A DNA stretch of 59,849 bases. Source: a virus. Lineage: Duplodnaviria; Caudoviricetes. The translations under genes were made by a program, and so were the position numbers. Position 1 is the stretch's first letter. The number at the start of each line of letters is the position of its first letter. Positions 34,501 to 41,589 of the stretch are shown in pieces. Under the pieces are notes generated by a model. That model made no database searches. It saw only the letters and a program-made list of their open reading frames with translations, and was not told where the DNA came from. The stretch covers positions 1 to 59,849 of IMG/VR virus record IMGVR_UViG_3300027672_000013, one strand, 5' to 3'.

Positions 34501-36331
34501 ATGCCTCTACGTTATCTACAAACTCTCCCCCAATATTTTTATCATGCTTCCTACTAAGGTAAAGCTTGGACTGTTCGTACTGTAAAGCAGCAGCCTGTCT
34601 ACTAGCTTCCATGCCAAGGTAGTTCTCTACAATTTCATTGTAAGCATTAGCTTCATTCTGAGTGCGAGGTGTGAAGTCGGGTAACTCACTAAAGGGTACA
34701 CCTAAAGTATCAAATGACTGCTGTTCTAAAACAGCTAATTGTCCCTTCAATTGTTGGTTAGCCTTAGAAGCTTCCTTTGCCTTGACCTGACGTTTTTCCT
34801 CTAGGTATACATCAAGGTCCTCTCTCATTAACTTTAGGTCCTCGTCATATACGATATCGAATAACCCCTGAGCCTCTTGCTCTACCCTAGACTTTTCCAA
34901 ATTAAGCGCCCTCGCATTAAGGGGGCCGCCGTCCTCGTTAAAGTAATCTAGATAGCTCGCATCGGTATCGGTGCTTAATAACCGCTGCTCATCCGAAGTT
35001 AAATCGTCGCTGTATATATTGTTCTCAGCCATCTCTTCAAGAAGTAAAGACTTCTTAACTAGATTGTCATATGAATCTAGAGCTTGTTGATAGGAATTAT
35101 AATCACCGCCTCTCTTTTGAAAGAACAACTCTGATTCTAAATCTACTGTATTAGCGGTCTTCCATGACCCCTCAGCAAAAGCATTGGCTTCTTCCTCAGT
35201 ATTAAAAGTATACACCTCCCCCCTTTGCCTAGCTCTTTCGATAGCTTCTTCTAAGGGAAGCTCATCCCATGTATTAGCATTGCCATCTGTCCTGTACCCT
35301 CCCTTTGGAAATAAAGTAGGCACCACCTTATACACACCGTCCTCCTCAAAGGATGTCATAAGGTGAGAAGAGGAGGTTCCATCTGAATTTCTCCTAGATA
35401 TAGGCCGAGACTCTTTAGCTCTTAAAGAATTCTGAGCGTTTAATCCGGGTTCGTTGTCAGTAAGATAACCCCCATCGCCATCTTCACCGAGGTTTTCGGG
35501 TATAGTTATCGCTTCAGTATAAGCATGGTCCTTAATAAAGTTTCTGAGTTTTACGGATTCACTCTCAGCCCCTCTTGCCGTAAAGGTATCTAGGTCAAAT
35601 GTTTCCTCCTGAGTACCGTTATGATTAACTACGGTAACAGCATCGCCCGCTCCTGATTCAATAAAATTAAATCCCCACACACCAAAATTCTCTCTTAATA
35701 TAGGAACAACATCCTCCTCTTCTTGGGCTATAAGCTCAGGGGTTATAAGAGAATTAGCTAGAGCTTCTGCAGGCTCATAAAGCCCTTTCGCTCTCATCTC
35801 TTCATCCTTTGAGGCATCTTTTAACCCACTCACTTCACCTGCTTTCGCAAGCTCTGCTGCTTTTGCTTCTGCATCGGCAAAATATTTATCCGCTTCAAGA
35901 CCTGCCTCTCTAACCCCCATTCCTGAAGGGTCAAAGTACTGAGACTCATCCCGTGAACCCGTTTCCCTTAGCGGTGTAGCTAACCTCTCAGCCTCGGCTG
36001 TACGTTCAACTGCTACCTGCTCAGGGGTAGCATCAATGTCTTCAATCGTAAGAGCGGACCGCCCCGATAAACCACTTTCCAAAAGCGAATCCGTAGGCTC
36101 TTCTTTTTTTTTTACAGGTGCAGCTTCTTCCTGAGGCTGTACAACAGGGAAGTATTTAGCCTTAAAGTCTTGTCGAGTCTTGCTATATAGCCCACGCGCA
36201 GCGACCTCCTTAAATATATTCTCTTGCTCGTTCGGGTTACCGTTATACTTAGCTACAAACTCATCAAAAGATTTTGTATAAAGACCCTGCGCTTTAACAG
36301 TATCGTAAAGCAACTGTAGATTCTCGTTCAT
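25535..36331 (-). CDS. Giant (3598 aa) probable internal virion/ejection polyvalent protein with a zincin-like HExxH domain
   Basis: Last gene of the structural operon; PIHEFGHIW (29480-29494) with a downstream EEALA; hydrophobic Gly-rich segments; EEAAP repeats. Confidence 0.75.
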   Translation of the reverse strand: MNENLQLLYDTVKAQGLYTKSFDEFVAKYNGNPNEQENIFKEVAARGLYSKTRQDFKAKYFPVVQPQEEAAPVKKKEEPTDSLLESGLSGRSALTIEDIDATPEQVAVERTAEAERLATPLRETGSRDESQYFDPSGMGVREAGLEADKYFADAEAKAAELAKAGEVSGLKDASKDEEMRAKGLYEPAEALANSLITPELIAQEEEDVVPILRENFGVWGFNFIESGAGDAVTVVNHNGTQEETFDLDTFTARGAESESVKLRNFIKDHAYTEAITIPENLGEDGDGGYLTDNEPGLNAQNSLRAKESRPISRRNSDGTSSSHLMTSFEEDGVYKVVPTLFPKGGYRTDGNANTWDELPLEEAIERARQRGEVYTFNTEEEANAFAEGSWKTANTVDLESELFFQKRGGDYNSYQQALDSYDNLVKKSLLLEEMAENNIYSDDLTSDEQRLLSTDTDASYLDYFNEDGGPLNARALNLEKSRVEQEAQGLFDIVYDEDLKLMREDLDVYLEEKRQVKAKEASKANQQLKGQLAVLEQQSFDTLGVPFSELPDFTPRTQNEANAYNEIVENYLGMEASRQAAALQYEQSKLYLSRKHDKNIGGEFVDNVEAFEVEWSNGIKTGEGAEVLLKLATGSIDVEDDKALMDAVVEMIQINESKSLNQSRGLSRYNNARTGPEIRRALRNNPAEVALTFMGSSLAQVLPYGAEILAGTTLSGTAVGAGVGVSAFGVGALPGAVTGFGYGVRTGMSVNSFILEYTNALLEAAGSFGYDATNPEQMFLALRDEKVWAEGKERGFKRGITIAAMDFIAGGMAGKVFKPALAASKGAKVASYTLERFIFDPAAEGAGEALAMLSVGDEIDGKEVLAESLGSIGSQGANAAATIARQTMGNNNLRLANEFMNTETMALDGSSDTQIQRWTDNMVRLGKIDAEQGQRVLENVGLRREANDLLDVSSSNSGKARARLMELMAVRDGLSSTNSRREVFQGTIADINAEIRTISETGDVVEGAIDISSLNIAGYGRKGVPSYRVGRTMMTKKQFLSYIEDASPRRLRRIADNAQITNDSQTASLVEGLLSEVSEDVDVTDAVNTGIEVGDVEAFNVTPTIDTEDAIQEPSTEEVLTQEPTTDSAEVGEGVPATDEATEQTQAEDQAAEEIAQEEVVEAIDKPIRSDVNAFRNGTIDPVRLNGIVAGIEKRKADGKKLTKFQKEVVASEEAAVNAEAEALSQEIGEGLFAPEPVVEEAAPVEEAAPVVEEVAVEEAAAPVVQEEAAPTERLTDDEMTFELNRYERKAVELKNRFKKERAKIKRRKDSPANTAALAALGVQEAAELKEIKSKRRIVQAAKSVRQGNGIPKFALPDGKFPATEEQLRQINELAGVEEAAPEAVVEEAAPVVEEAAPVNDGMVPGYPPKIQKRKKELAAEGYDFFAIQKIIRTVISGDSPTATVTRALRKIGADIPLGRTQSRAGGRSLRLAISDGDQGIFSDVFNAMIEGRVSLEEFKSFANKFNQPLPEVAPAAVNETTATVTPTELADQLLSPQNRQAVTEAAAEAGVQTPAPEQTATEIEAELLASRQEGNTAEEIAAEQFPLQESDFATQEAYGRAITQWSEGKIRRLAAAKERQAQVSPEERRAEERQQLMGPVNAGKFFAYGTRNGLESFTEGEQVNLSLDRERPRENYREDFVEKTVDGKYYYIMYEGGEGVIKDEDGRPGYVAIAFESATKLNPSQKSMVKDALIERVKIVRRNADPDSKTMPADYSTASSFSKFDTSTQRNFQIEKDTNGFGVTDKEVREATKLLNEVSPELAENDFTVEETTMVSVPIVVTENGELVSKVRRIPLSELYDTSVNLAMADQLKVDEFRMGGPFFALQEGIFGKVAWASIDEEAAKRIIIGASKGDYTVVYNMKPSALDSNMVTARYAMDLISQQENSQELFEQAKEYLKGRKYGTKPADNKKAQDAIESATIEEFLINIDKLGTDLRADIITNLFPTDQVQSKVDIHVKLKEIGATMESIRAANIEQFTEGLPMGALTMVLEVRDAQGRKVTPELLGPNNKNWRDFMMTEEQQQSEDVPSHTNYPIYIRGAAVGLLEDTVPFWNVLPSSLEKINQKVTQRITKRDKYTVLDDKGRTLDVRVVTNTDGTRTVDIYNKAGQAIASKSRVTDVKNIRRFITNNYGTIKAFKEGKAATSKEARAAEMRSAMMTAGTSSRVAPSTKTNYEQFLSRLSASFPGVEVVTDAAEFKALIKDAYSNKLTTKDQKIYGVVSEGKVYLNPSLENYNTPIHEFGHIWLNTAKALNSEAYQVGMDLVPDDSPYVQQVKDSKNYQRVIKQMKKDGSSPQEINTYIREEALALAIGNKGESFTKAAEKRNFKNWLTDLFNFIKELTGISDLSSEQLQNLTLDEFAQAVVVDLLSQNELFAEAQEVGLSEDIQFMTGTDNGSMSMNDTISFGRQNGYADAAIRKLLMDRGYTAEAIDASMSEVIDLFSPTVPVEFGNVDGGMNVGKDIYADVYSQVEAFADSSANPSFSKVRAKALELLRANPVFQSQSVEVQEQLTVALDKSMNIKANRDISQEISAIRNNIKQRRKGAQTLMQSKRVLSKFIRDNMPKSGIYSQGQINRLVNRVAKATESSLLADMEYVLGQVEIQNKKIKNKLISKLASEVKSDAKKGKSSSSGKKARRGRLGADAQAFAAELTKVLSAATIADPVKRQAALDEIRVSLETEEAVKAIEKNSLQGFDNLTTKERRIVLKSMALQEFQGINDMSLEQVKEIFKEYKDGQLAERTILAQTRATRAEANAKINQGITAQLKQLFPSFFNSDGQPLNKNEFNAKLKEARKIWRSGNGKGFNERGKKMILASKTYVKAFTSSNVSDVIKSAVRGVLHLGTFMETLGPEMKREVYNRLNRAESRYLKGYYNQIDSMDAMAQKYGFESYKLMRREIYSADELTLDNITRIRGKQDKNSNLATREENFTKDAVMRIYALSKNPVQRDKLARMGIDFDDPITAAKIENFLGQDMMSFVDETVNYLSNDYYEGINNVYREVNDVNLNYISNYFPTQTIANGTDVNLLEGGDFMGIFDAEFANALKERVDTDNEIILDNAAFTTALEDHFQSMERFKAFAADTRTLNSIMTNEAVKTALDMTGTSNLVRQSINQAINPNSGKNAIYNDKALSLLSSVFVGIALGWKAVQIVKQATSAVLAIPDYTFRKDGKRIPGADLLLWLGDFAIVLAQGRKYVKFAKENSPSFRHRLEQGVKGDIVGLETGTKSTPAIRKKGILGSLMRFNERGSAFGTMVGDIAGVLGYMANYRRNIINGMDTETAIEKFEEYNSSQQSRNPADRSVMMQNQSAYTALLTMFGTAPMLMINNVVQSGINISRDVGKRKAPKLKDVRKFYMNFAGANVLFTAAGNFGKLWSGDDEDREEVYKKLMLAAAGFNLLSFIPILGSAAEGVASWMMGDGFRLGEQGVTPVKGLTRNFKDVETGKDGALAALKTGLSVAVRGDVNNFIGLFEFTEEMIEGTDEDILAMESFYEAMGIGGSSRPNYIEDGILSTKGQREKDKKDERKKKKEEKEARSSNPAKERKKEREKERENKRKYDRLPSE
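31665..31684. repeat. Dispersed palindrome copy inside the giant gene
   Basis: GCGGGGGTTTGAACCCCCGC, encoding AGVQTPA. Confidence 0.8.
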
Positions 36332-36341
36332 GTCCGCTAAT

Positions 36342-38444
36342 TTAATCTAAAGCTTCTAACCGCAACCGGTCTCTATACTCTTGTTCCTGATAATCCATGA
36401 TGTTTGGAATAAACCCTTCTAGGTCTTCCGCTGTAACTTTAAGCTTTGCAGCTCTTTGCTTTAAAAGTAATTCGTTAAGAGCTAACCATTGCTGTTCTGT
36501 TATATTGGCAGGCAGTATAATCCCCCCCTCAGTAACATCGTCAATCGCAATAGAAGTAACCCCTACCTTATCTCTTCCAATCGTAGGGTCGCTTCCTGAG
36601 CTAGAAAGTACTTGTACTCCAGTAATACCAACTTTGTTAAAGAACGAATTGAATGCGTTTCTTAACACGAGCGGTTGAGTCTCTACTTTTGTACTTAATA
36701 GCTTGTCGGGGTAAGAATACGTAGCAACAAGTTCTACCGATGCATCATCACCGTCTTGGTCAGTTATCATATCTCCATACTGAAGAGGGGTAGGAATAGC
36801 TTCAGGGCGGATTACCTGCTCAGCACGGCCACCTCTTCCTACCATACTATGACGAGTCATACCGTCTTGAATGCCTGAAGTCTGAAGCATCTCTATTATG
36901 TTACCCGCATTACGAATATCATCAGGAAGGACAGCGGTAACGATACGTTCAACCATAAGCGAAGGGTCATCTCCCTTATCCATTGGTGTACGTTTAATAG
37001 GATTATTAGGGTCATCCTCGTTTACATCGTAAACAATAATTTGGTCTTCAGTCAACTCAATATAATCAATGAGTGGATTGAGGTTGGCTAAATTATTTAA
37101 GGCAGCAGTGGTCTCTTGCGTTATCCGCTCATCCCTTGCATTTATATCTGCCTGAGTAGCGTTTGCAGGAAGCTCAGGTATGTCCGTAAAGCCAAACTTA
37201 GCTAGGTTATTTAATGAAGTTTTCAAAGTCTTCTTAGCGGAACCTGACTTGCGCTCACCTTCAGTTTGCGGTCGGTTCTCTCTAGGCTCATATGCTACCT
37301 CCTTAATGTCAAGCTTAGACTTAATACTTGTCTCTACTGCATCACCCGCTTGTTCAAGCTGAGCGTCTCTGTTAGCCATTACTTTTTTAAAGTCAGCCTC
37401 TGAGATACCGTTAAGGTTAGTATCAGACTCTACCATCATCTTCCTTAACTCAGCCTCACTCTGTCCAAATAAAGAAACCACTGCCCCTGAATCAGGTTGC
37501 ATTTGGTTGTCTATCATAAGGATAAGGTTAGGGTCAGCCGCCGCAGCCGCAGGGTCTTGAGTAAAACCAAACATCTCATTGGTAACGCCGGTAATTGGAT
37601 TACCCAATTCGTCACGAGAATTATTTACTCGCAACGTATTGGTAAGTAGCGATGTAACATTAAAGCCATTGGCAAGTTGGCTCTGAACAGCGTTATCAAT
37701 AGCAGATACAATCTCAGGATTATCTAAAGGGTTCTCCCGTGTCTCTACATTGTTCCTCATAATAACATCGATACTCGTGCCAAGCTGCGTAGCGATACCC
37801 TCGGTAGCCTTATTAACATCGTATAAGTCGTACTTGGCATTTAGCCTATTGCGAAGTTGACTAACAGGGGCATAGTCATTAGGGTTCTGCATCATGATGC
37901 CATCCTCCCCATCCTTCTTACCAAGGAGTACCTTACCATCGGTAGGGTTAATCCAAAGCCTAGTGTTGCTGTAGTTGCCTAACCCACGGGTAGACTCCAT
38001 AAGGTACTCTTCTAAAGCTTGAGATGCAGGAAGACCCGTCTCAGGGTCTATCTCCTTGCGCTGCTGAAGCTCTGCGTACTTAGCATTAAAATCTTTTCCA
38101 AACTCAAAAGCTTCAGTACTTCCCTGCTGTAGGTTAGCTCTGATACCCGTGTAATCAGAAGGGCGCATCTGACCTGACTTTAAAAGTCTCTCAACCTGAA
38201 GCGCATACTGTGCTGTATCACCCGCAAACTTAGATGTCCACTCATTAAAACCTTGGTGGTCACCAAGGGGAGGGTTGTTTATGTAATCATTAAAAGCTTG
38301 GATGTCCGCATCAATAGCCGCCTTCTTTTCTGTACGAACACGGGCTTCCTCATTAACCACATCGGACATCTGTCGCCCAACCTCATTCCAATTAATCTGA
38401 GATTCAGCACTCCTCTCTACAAATCCATAAAAATTCTTAGCCAT
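36342..38444 (-). CDS. Putative internal virion/ejection protein
   Basis: 700 aa; middle gene of a small-medium-giant trio typical of podoviruses. Confidence 0.6.
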   Translation of the reverse strand: MAKNFYGFVERSAESQINWNEVGRQMSDVVNEEARVRTEKKAAIDADIQAFNDYINNPPLGDHQGFNEWTSKFAGDTAQYALQVERLLKSGQMRPSDYTGIRANLQQGSTEAFEFGKDFNAKYAELQQRKEIDPETGLPASQALEEYLMESTRGLGNYSNTRLWINPTDGKVLLGKKDGEDGIMMQNPNDYAPVSQLRNRLNAKYDLYDVNKATEGIATQLGTSIDVIMRNNVETRENPLDNPEIVSAIDNAVQSQLANGFNVTSLLTNTLRVNNSRDELGNPITGVTNEMFGFTQDPAAAAADPNLILMIDNQMQPDSGAVVSLFGQSEAELRKMMVESDTNLNGISEADFKKVMANRDAQLEQAGDAVETSIKSKLDIKEVAYEPRENRPQTEGERKSGSAKKTLKTSLNNLAKFGFTDIPELPANATQADINARDERITQETTAALNNLANLNPLIDYIELTEDQIIVYDVNEDDPNNPIKRTPMDKGDDPSLMVERIVTAVLPDDIRNAGNIIEMLQTSGIQDGMTRHSMVGRGGRAEQVIRPEAIPTPLQYGDMITDQDGDDASVELVATYSYPDKLLSTKVETQPLVLRNAFNSFFNKVGITGVQVLSSSGSDPTIGRDKVGVTSIAIDDVTEGGIILPANITEQQWLALNELLLKQRAAKLKVTAEDLEGFIPNIMDYQEQEYRDRLRLEALD

Positions 38445-38454
38445 ATCTTTTGAA

Positions 38455-39261
38455 TTAATCGTTGCCTCCCATTAAGGCACTGTACTGCTCCATATAAGAC
38501 GGGTCAAATTTTATTTGATTCATCTGAGCGGGAGTAAGGCCACGTTTAAACTGTCGGAAATCTTTGTTTCCCATAGAGCCAATACTGTTAAAATCTAAAT
38601 TAGAGAATCCGGGACTTGCCGCAGCCCCCATTCCTTTAGAAGCATTACCAAACTTTTCAAATTGGCCTGCATCAAACTGTAGCCCCGCCATAGCTGCTTT
38701 TTGAGCGCCTTTGTTTTGCGAATAAAGAGGAAGAGCGGAAGCACCTGCCGCAGCTACGTCAATGCCACTCTGAATCATAGCGGATTTAGCTGCTGCTGCC
38801 TGTTCATCATACATAGCCGCAGCACCTGCTGCGTCCTGAGATGTCTGAAGGTCAATCTGAGTTTTTATATCATTAAGTCGGCTGTCCTCATCACGGATAT
38901 CTTTATCAAGCTGCTGAAGTTCTTGTCCGTATCCAACCCGCTGTTGCTCACCCATCTGATTCTGAGCTTGCTGAAGGTTAGCCAACTGAGCTATACCACG
39001 AACCCCTGCTCCCTGCATAGCCTCAACAGACGAAGCGCCTTGAGCTAGTGACTGCTCAAGCGCCATCGTGTAAGGGTCTTTGCTAATGGTACGTCCCTCC
39101 TGAAAGTTTACGTCAAGCTTATCCTTTGCCTCATTAAGAGCTATATCTGCTTCTCGTTGAGCTGCCAAAGCATTGTTCTCAGCTTTTTTCTTTTGCGCCA
39201 TAGAGACACCCATAGTGGTAAGGGCAATTCCTGCGTTAATTCCTGCTACGATTCCTGACAT
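38455..39261 (-). CDS. Putative DNA pilot/ejection protein
   Basis: Hydrophobic Gly/Ala N-terminus followed by an A/Q-rich coiled coil. Confidence 0.6.
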   Translation of the reverse strand: MSGIVAGINAGIALTTMGVSMAQKKKAENNALAAQREADIALNEAKDKLDVNFQEGRTISKDPYTMALEQSLAQGASSVEAMQGAGVRGIAQLANLQQAQNQMGEQQRVGYGQELQQLDKDIRDEDSRLNDIKTQIDLQTSQDAAGAAAMYDEQAAAAKSAMIQSGIDVAAAGASALPLYSQNKGAQKAAMAGLQFDAGQFEKFGNASKGMGAAASPGFSNLDFNSIGSMGNKDFRQFKRGLTPAQMNQIKFDPSYMEQYSALMGGND

Positions 39262-39776
39262 AACAATTGTTGTTTAAAGATGATGTGCTCAGGGAGTTCT
39301 TTGTAATCGGTGGTATAAACCTCCTTCTCTGCCTCTTCAATAGTTTCGGCATCAGTCCTATACACGCAGGCCCAAACACAGTCCTCATGCATGTACGCTA
39401 CCCGCTGTGTACCTGTCTCTGTAAAGACAGTCATAGGGGCTTTAATATACTTAACCTCTCCTGTATCCAAAAGGATAGACATACTGCCCTTCATAAAAAA
39501 GGAGGGGTGATTCTGTTTATGGATAAAGCTTACAACTAAAGATTCCTTAGGCATAAATACCTCACGGGTATATAGACCATTATCAAGGTTGTGCTTTACA
39601 GGGAACTGCTCATCCATCTCAGTGGTATGGTGCAGTGCTACTCCCGCTATCTCTTGCAACTTCTCCGAAAAACTAGCTATATCTTCCCACAATACACCCC
39701 GCTCACTATGTATATGATACAGTAATGATTCGGGAGTCATTAACGGTTGGTGAAGTAATGCTTGCAGCTCAGTCAT
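39246..39776 (-). CDS. Cupin-fold phage protein
   Basis: H...GLYTRE..MP....V..IHK..H...KG and APMT..T..GTQR..Y.HED motifs; TATCTTTG lies 5 nt upstream. Confidence 0.7.
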   Translation of the reverse strand: MTELQALLHQPLMTPESLLYHIHSERGVLWEDIASFSEKLQEIAGVALHHTTEMDEQFPVKHNLDNGLYTREVFMPKESLVVSFIHKQNHPSFFMKGSMSILLDTGEVKYIKAPMTVFTETGTQRVAYMHEDCVWACVYRTDAETIEEAEKEVYTTDYKELPEHIIFKQQLLCQES

Positions 39777-39795
39777 AAATTCAAAGATAGCAGGT

Positions 39796-40620
39796 TCACG
39801 GGAAGGATTTCATTGCTTCAGACTTAACTACAAATAGCTCGACATGAGTAGTTAAAGAGTTCGTTAAAGTTAACTCAGCATAGTGACCTAAGATGCCTTT
39901 AGACTCTGCAACTTGGTTCTTTATAAACATAGCGTACACCACGGGTACACCGGGAGCTACACCCCCACCTGCAGTATCTACGGTATACTGAATTATGTTT
40001 TGACCCGCAGCAAGGTTTACGGTAATAGCCGTCACCGTACCTGAGTAAATAGGAGTAAGTGTAGCAGGAGCTACCACGGGTACTCCGAAATAAATCGAGT
40101 CCCCAATACTTATGATGCTTCCAATCTCTGTAGTTAAAGCAAAGCTAAGTATCACATTAGTTCCCGCCTGAACCGCATTAGTTGTATTGCCGATACCATT
40201 GACAGAACGCAAAGGATACTCTTGCGGCGCATCAGCAGGAGTGGTTCCCTCATTACGAACAAAAGCAAACCAATCGGACTCCTTCTCTACAAAATAAGAT
40301 GGCTCGATAAAGCCCGTTGTCTGAAGGTCGCTTGTCACGGTAACCCCCCACGGTTGATTCCCCTCTAAAGCAATGGTCTTAAAAATCTTATTAACTACAG
40401 GGTCTTGATTTAAAAGAGTGGTAAGGGTAGAGTTATAGTTAACGCCATAGTACTGATTCCTTACGGTATTAGTATTGTGCCTATAAAGAGTCCCTCCTTT
40501 AAACGTATAGAGGTACTGATTCATATGCTTTATGAACTCAGGCTCATACGAATAGAACGAAGGCCACCCTTGGTATCCCGGATTAAACGTAAGCGTATAG
40601 TTTTGGTTAGATACAGGCAT
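39796..40620 (-). CDS. Tail protein resembling the C-terminal part of tail stabilisation proteins
   Basis: TLTF...GWPSFYSY.PE, K.FKTIALEG and KESDWFA motifs. Confidence 0.6.
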   Translation of the reverse strand: MPVSNQNYTLTFNPGYQGWPSFYSYEPEFIKHMNQYLYTFKGGTLYRHNTNTVRNQYYGVNYNSTLTTLLNQDPVVNKIFKTIALEGNQPWGVTVTSDLQTTGFIEPSYFVEKESDWFAFVRNEGTTPADAPQEYPLRSVNGIGNTTNAVQAGTNVILSFALTTEIGSIISIGDSIYFGVPVVAPATLTPIYSGTVTAITVNLAAGQNIIQYTVDTAGGGVAPGVPVVYAMFIKNQVAESKGILGHYAELTLTNSLTTHVELFVVKSEAMKSFP

Positions 40621-40629
40621 GATTCTAAA

Positions 40630-41574
40630 TTAAGGACAGGCGATAACGTTGTTAGTAATTATGCCATTAGAAAGGGTAATTACATATTGAACGACAGTAG
40701 TAGTAGTGCTATTCATTAGATAGCTACCATCAGCGGGATGTGATGTACCCGTGTTATCCGAGAACAGATAGTCATATCTCGATGGTGTAGTCAATGGAGT
40801 ATTCTGAACGCTTACCAAGTAAACAGAATCGGGTAAAATAGGAGTTGCTCCACACGCAGGGGGAGTAACGTATACCTGTGAGATAAGGAATCTATTAGTA
40901 TCAGGGATAGGGGCGGCGCACTCTACAGATACTTGATAGCTTGTAGAGGTTGTAGTTAAACATGTAACACCAAGCGTTACTATGCTTTGCCCTGCTATTG
41001 GCTTAGGTATAACCTGAACCAACGTCCCTGCCGAAATTCCTGTACTTAAGCTAAGGTTGTTACTTGTAAAAACATAATTCACTTCACTACCCGTAGGAGT
41101 AAAAACTGCATTGTAGTAGTCTCTTTCGTCCACACCCGGCCATGAGGCTGCAACCCCAAAGTCGCTAGTTGAGTCACCTAAAAAGAAAGGGCCTGTTGCT
41201 ATTCGAGTGTGCTCTCCGTCATTAGGGCTAGACCATGTGTTATACCCCGTATTGCCCATGCTAGTAGCAATGCCTACAGGTGCGGCTGATGGATTGAATT
41301 TTACAATTACAACGCCTGCATTAGGGCCTGTTGATATATCAATATAGTCTGTAGACTTTACGCCAACAGGTCTTGTTATAGGGTTATTGGCACAAGCCGT
41401 AGTGCAGTCGCAATCTTGGCTGTCTACAAAGACTCCACCTAAAAGTTGCCTTACAATTGTGCCATCAGAATAGTACCCATCCGGCGCTGTACCTCCTGAA
41501 GGAGGAGGTAAAGTGGCAGTGCTAGAAGTAGCTAGGGTTGGTCCGTTAAGAATATAGTTTGCTGTAGTTCCCAT
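40630..41574 (-). CDS. T/S/P-rich, Cys-containing structural protein
   Basis: APDGYYSDG and PADGSY repeats; lies between tail genes. Confidence 0.6.
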   Translation of the reverse strand: MGTTANYILNGPTLATSSTATLPPPSGGTAPDGYYSDGTIVRQLLGGVFVDSQDCDCTTACANNPITRPVGVKSTDYIDISTGPNAGVVIVKFNPSAAPVGIATSMGNTGYNTWSSPNDGEHTRIATGPFFLGDSTSDFGVAASWPGVDERDYYNAVFTPTGSEVNYVFTSNNLSLSTGISAGTLVQVIPKPIAGQSIVTLGVTCLTTTSTSYQVSVECAAPIPDTNRFLISQVYVTPPACGATPILPDSVYLVSVQNTPLTTPSRYDYLFSDNTGTSHPADGSYLMNSTTTTVVQYVITLSNGIITNNVIACP

Positions 41575-41589
41575 TGATTAAATTTATTA

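Noticed and set aside
25535-36331. Giant protein as a virion RNA polymerase, as in crAss-like or N4 phages
   Set aside because: No convincing catalytic DxDxD or T7-type motif was seen, and early promoters match the host consensus; a structure search is needed to exclude it fully.
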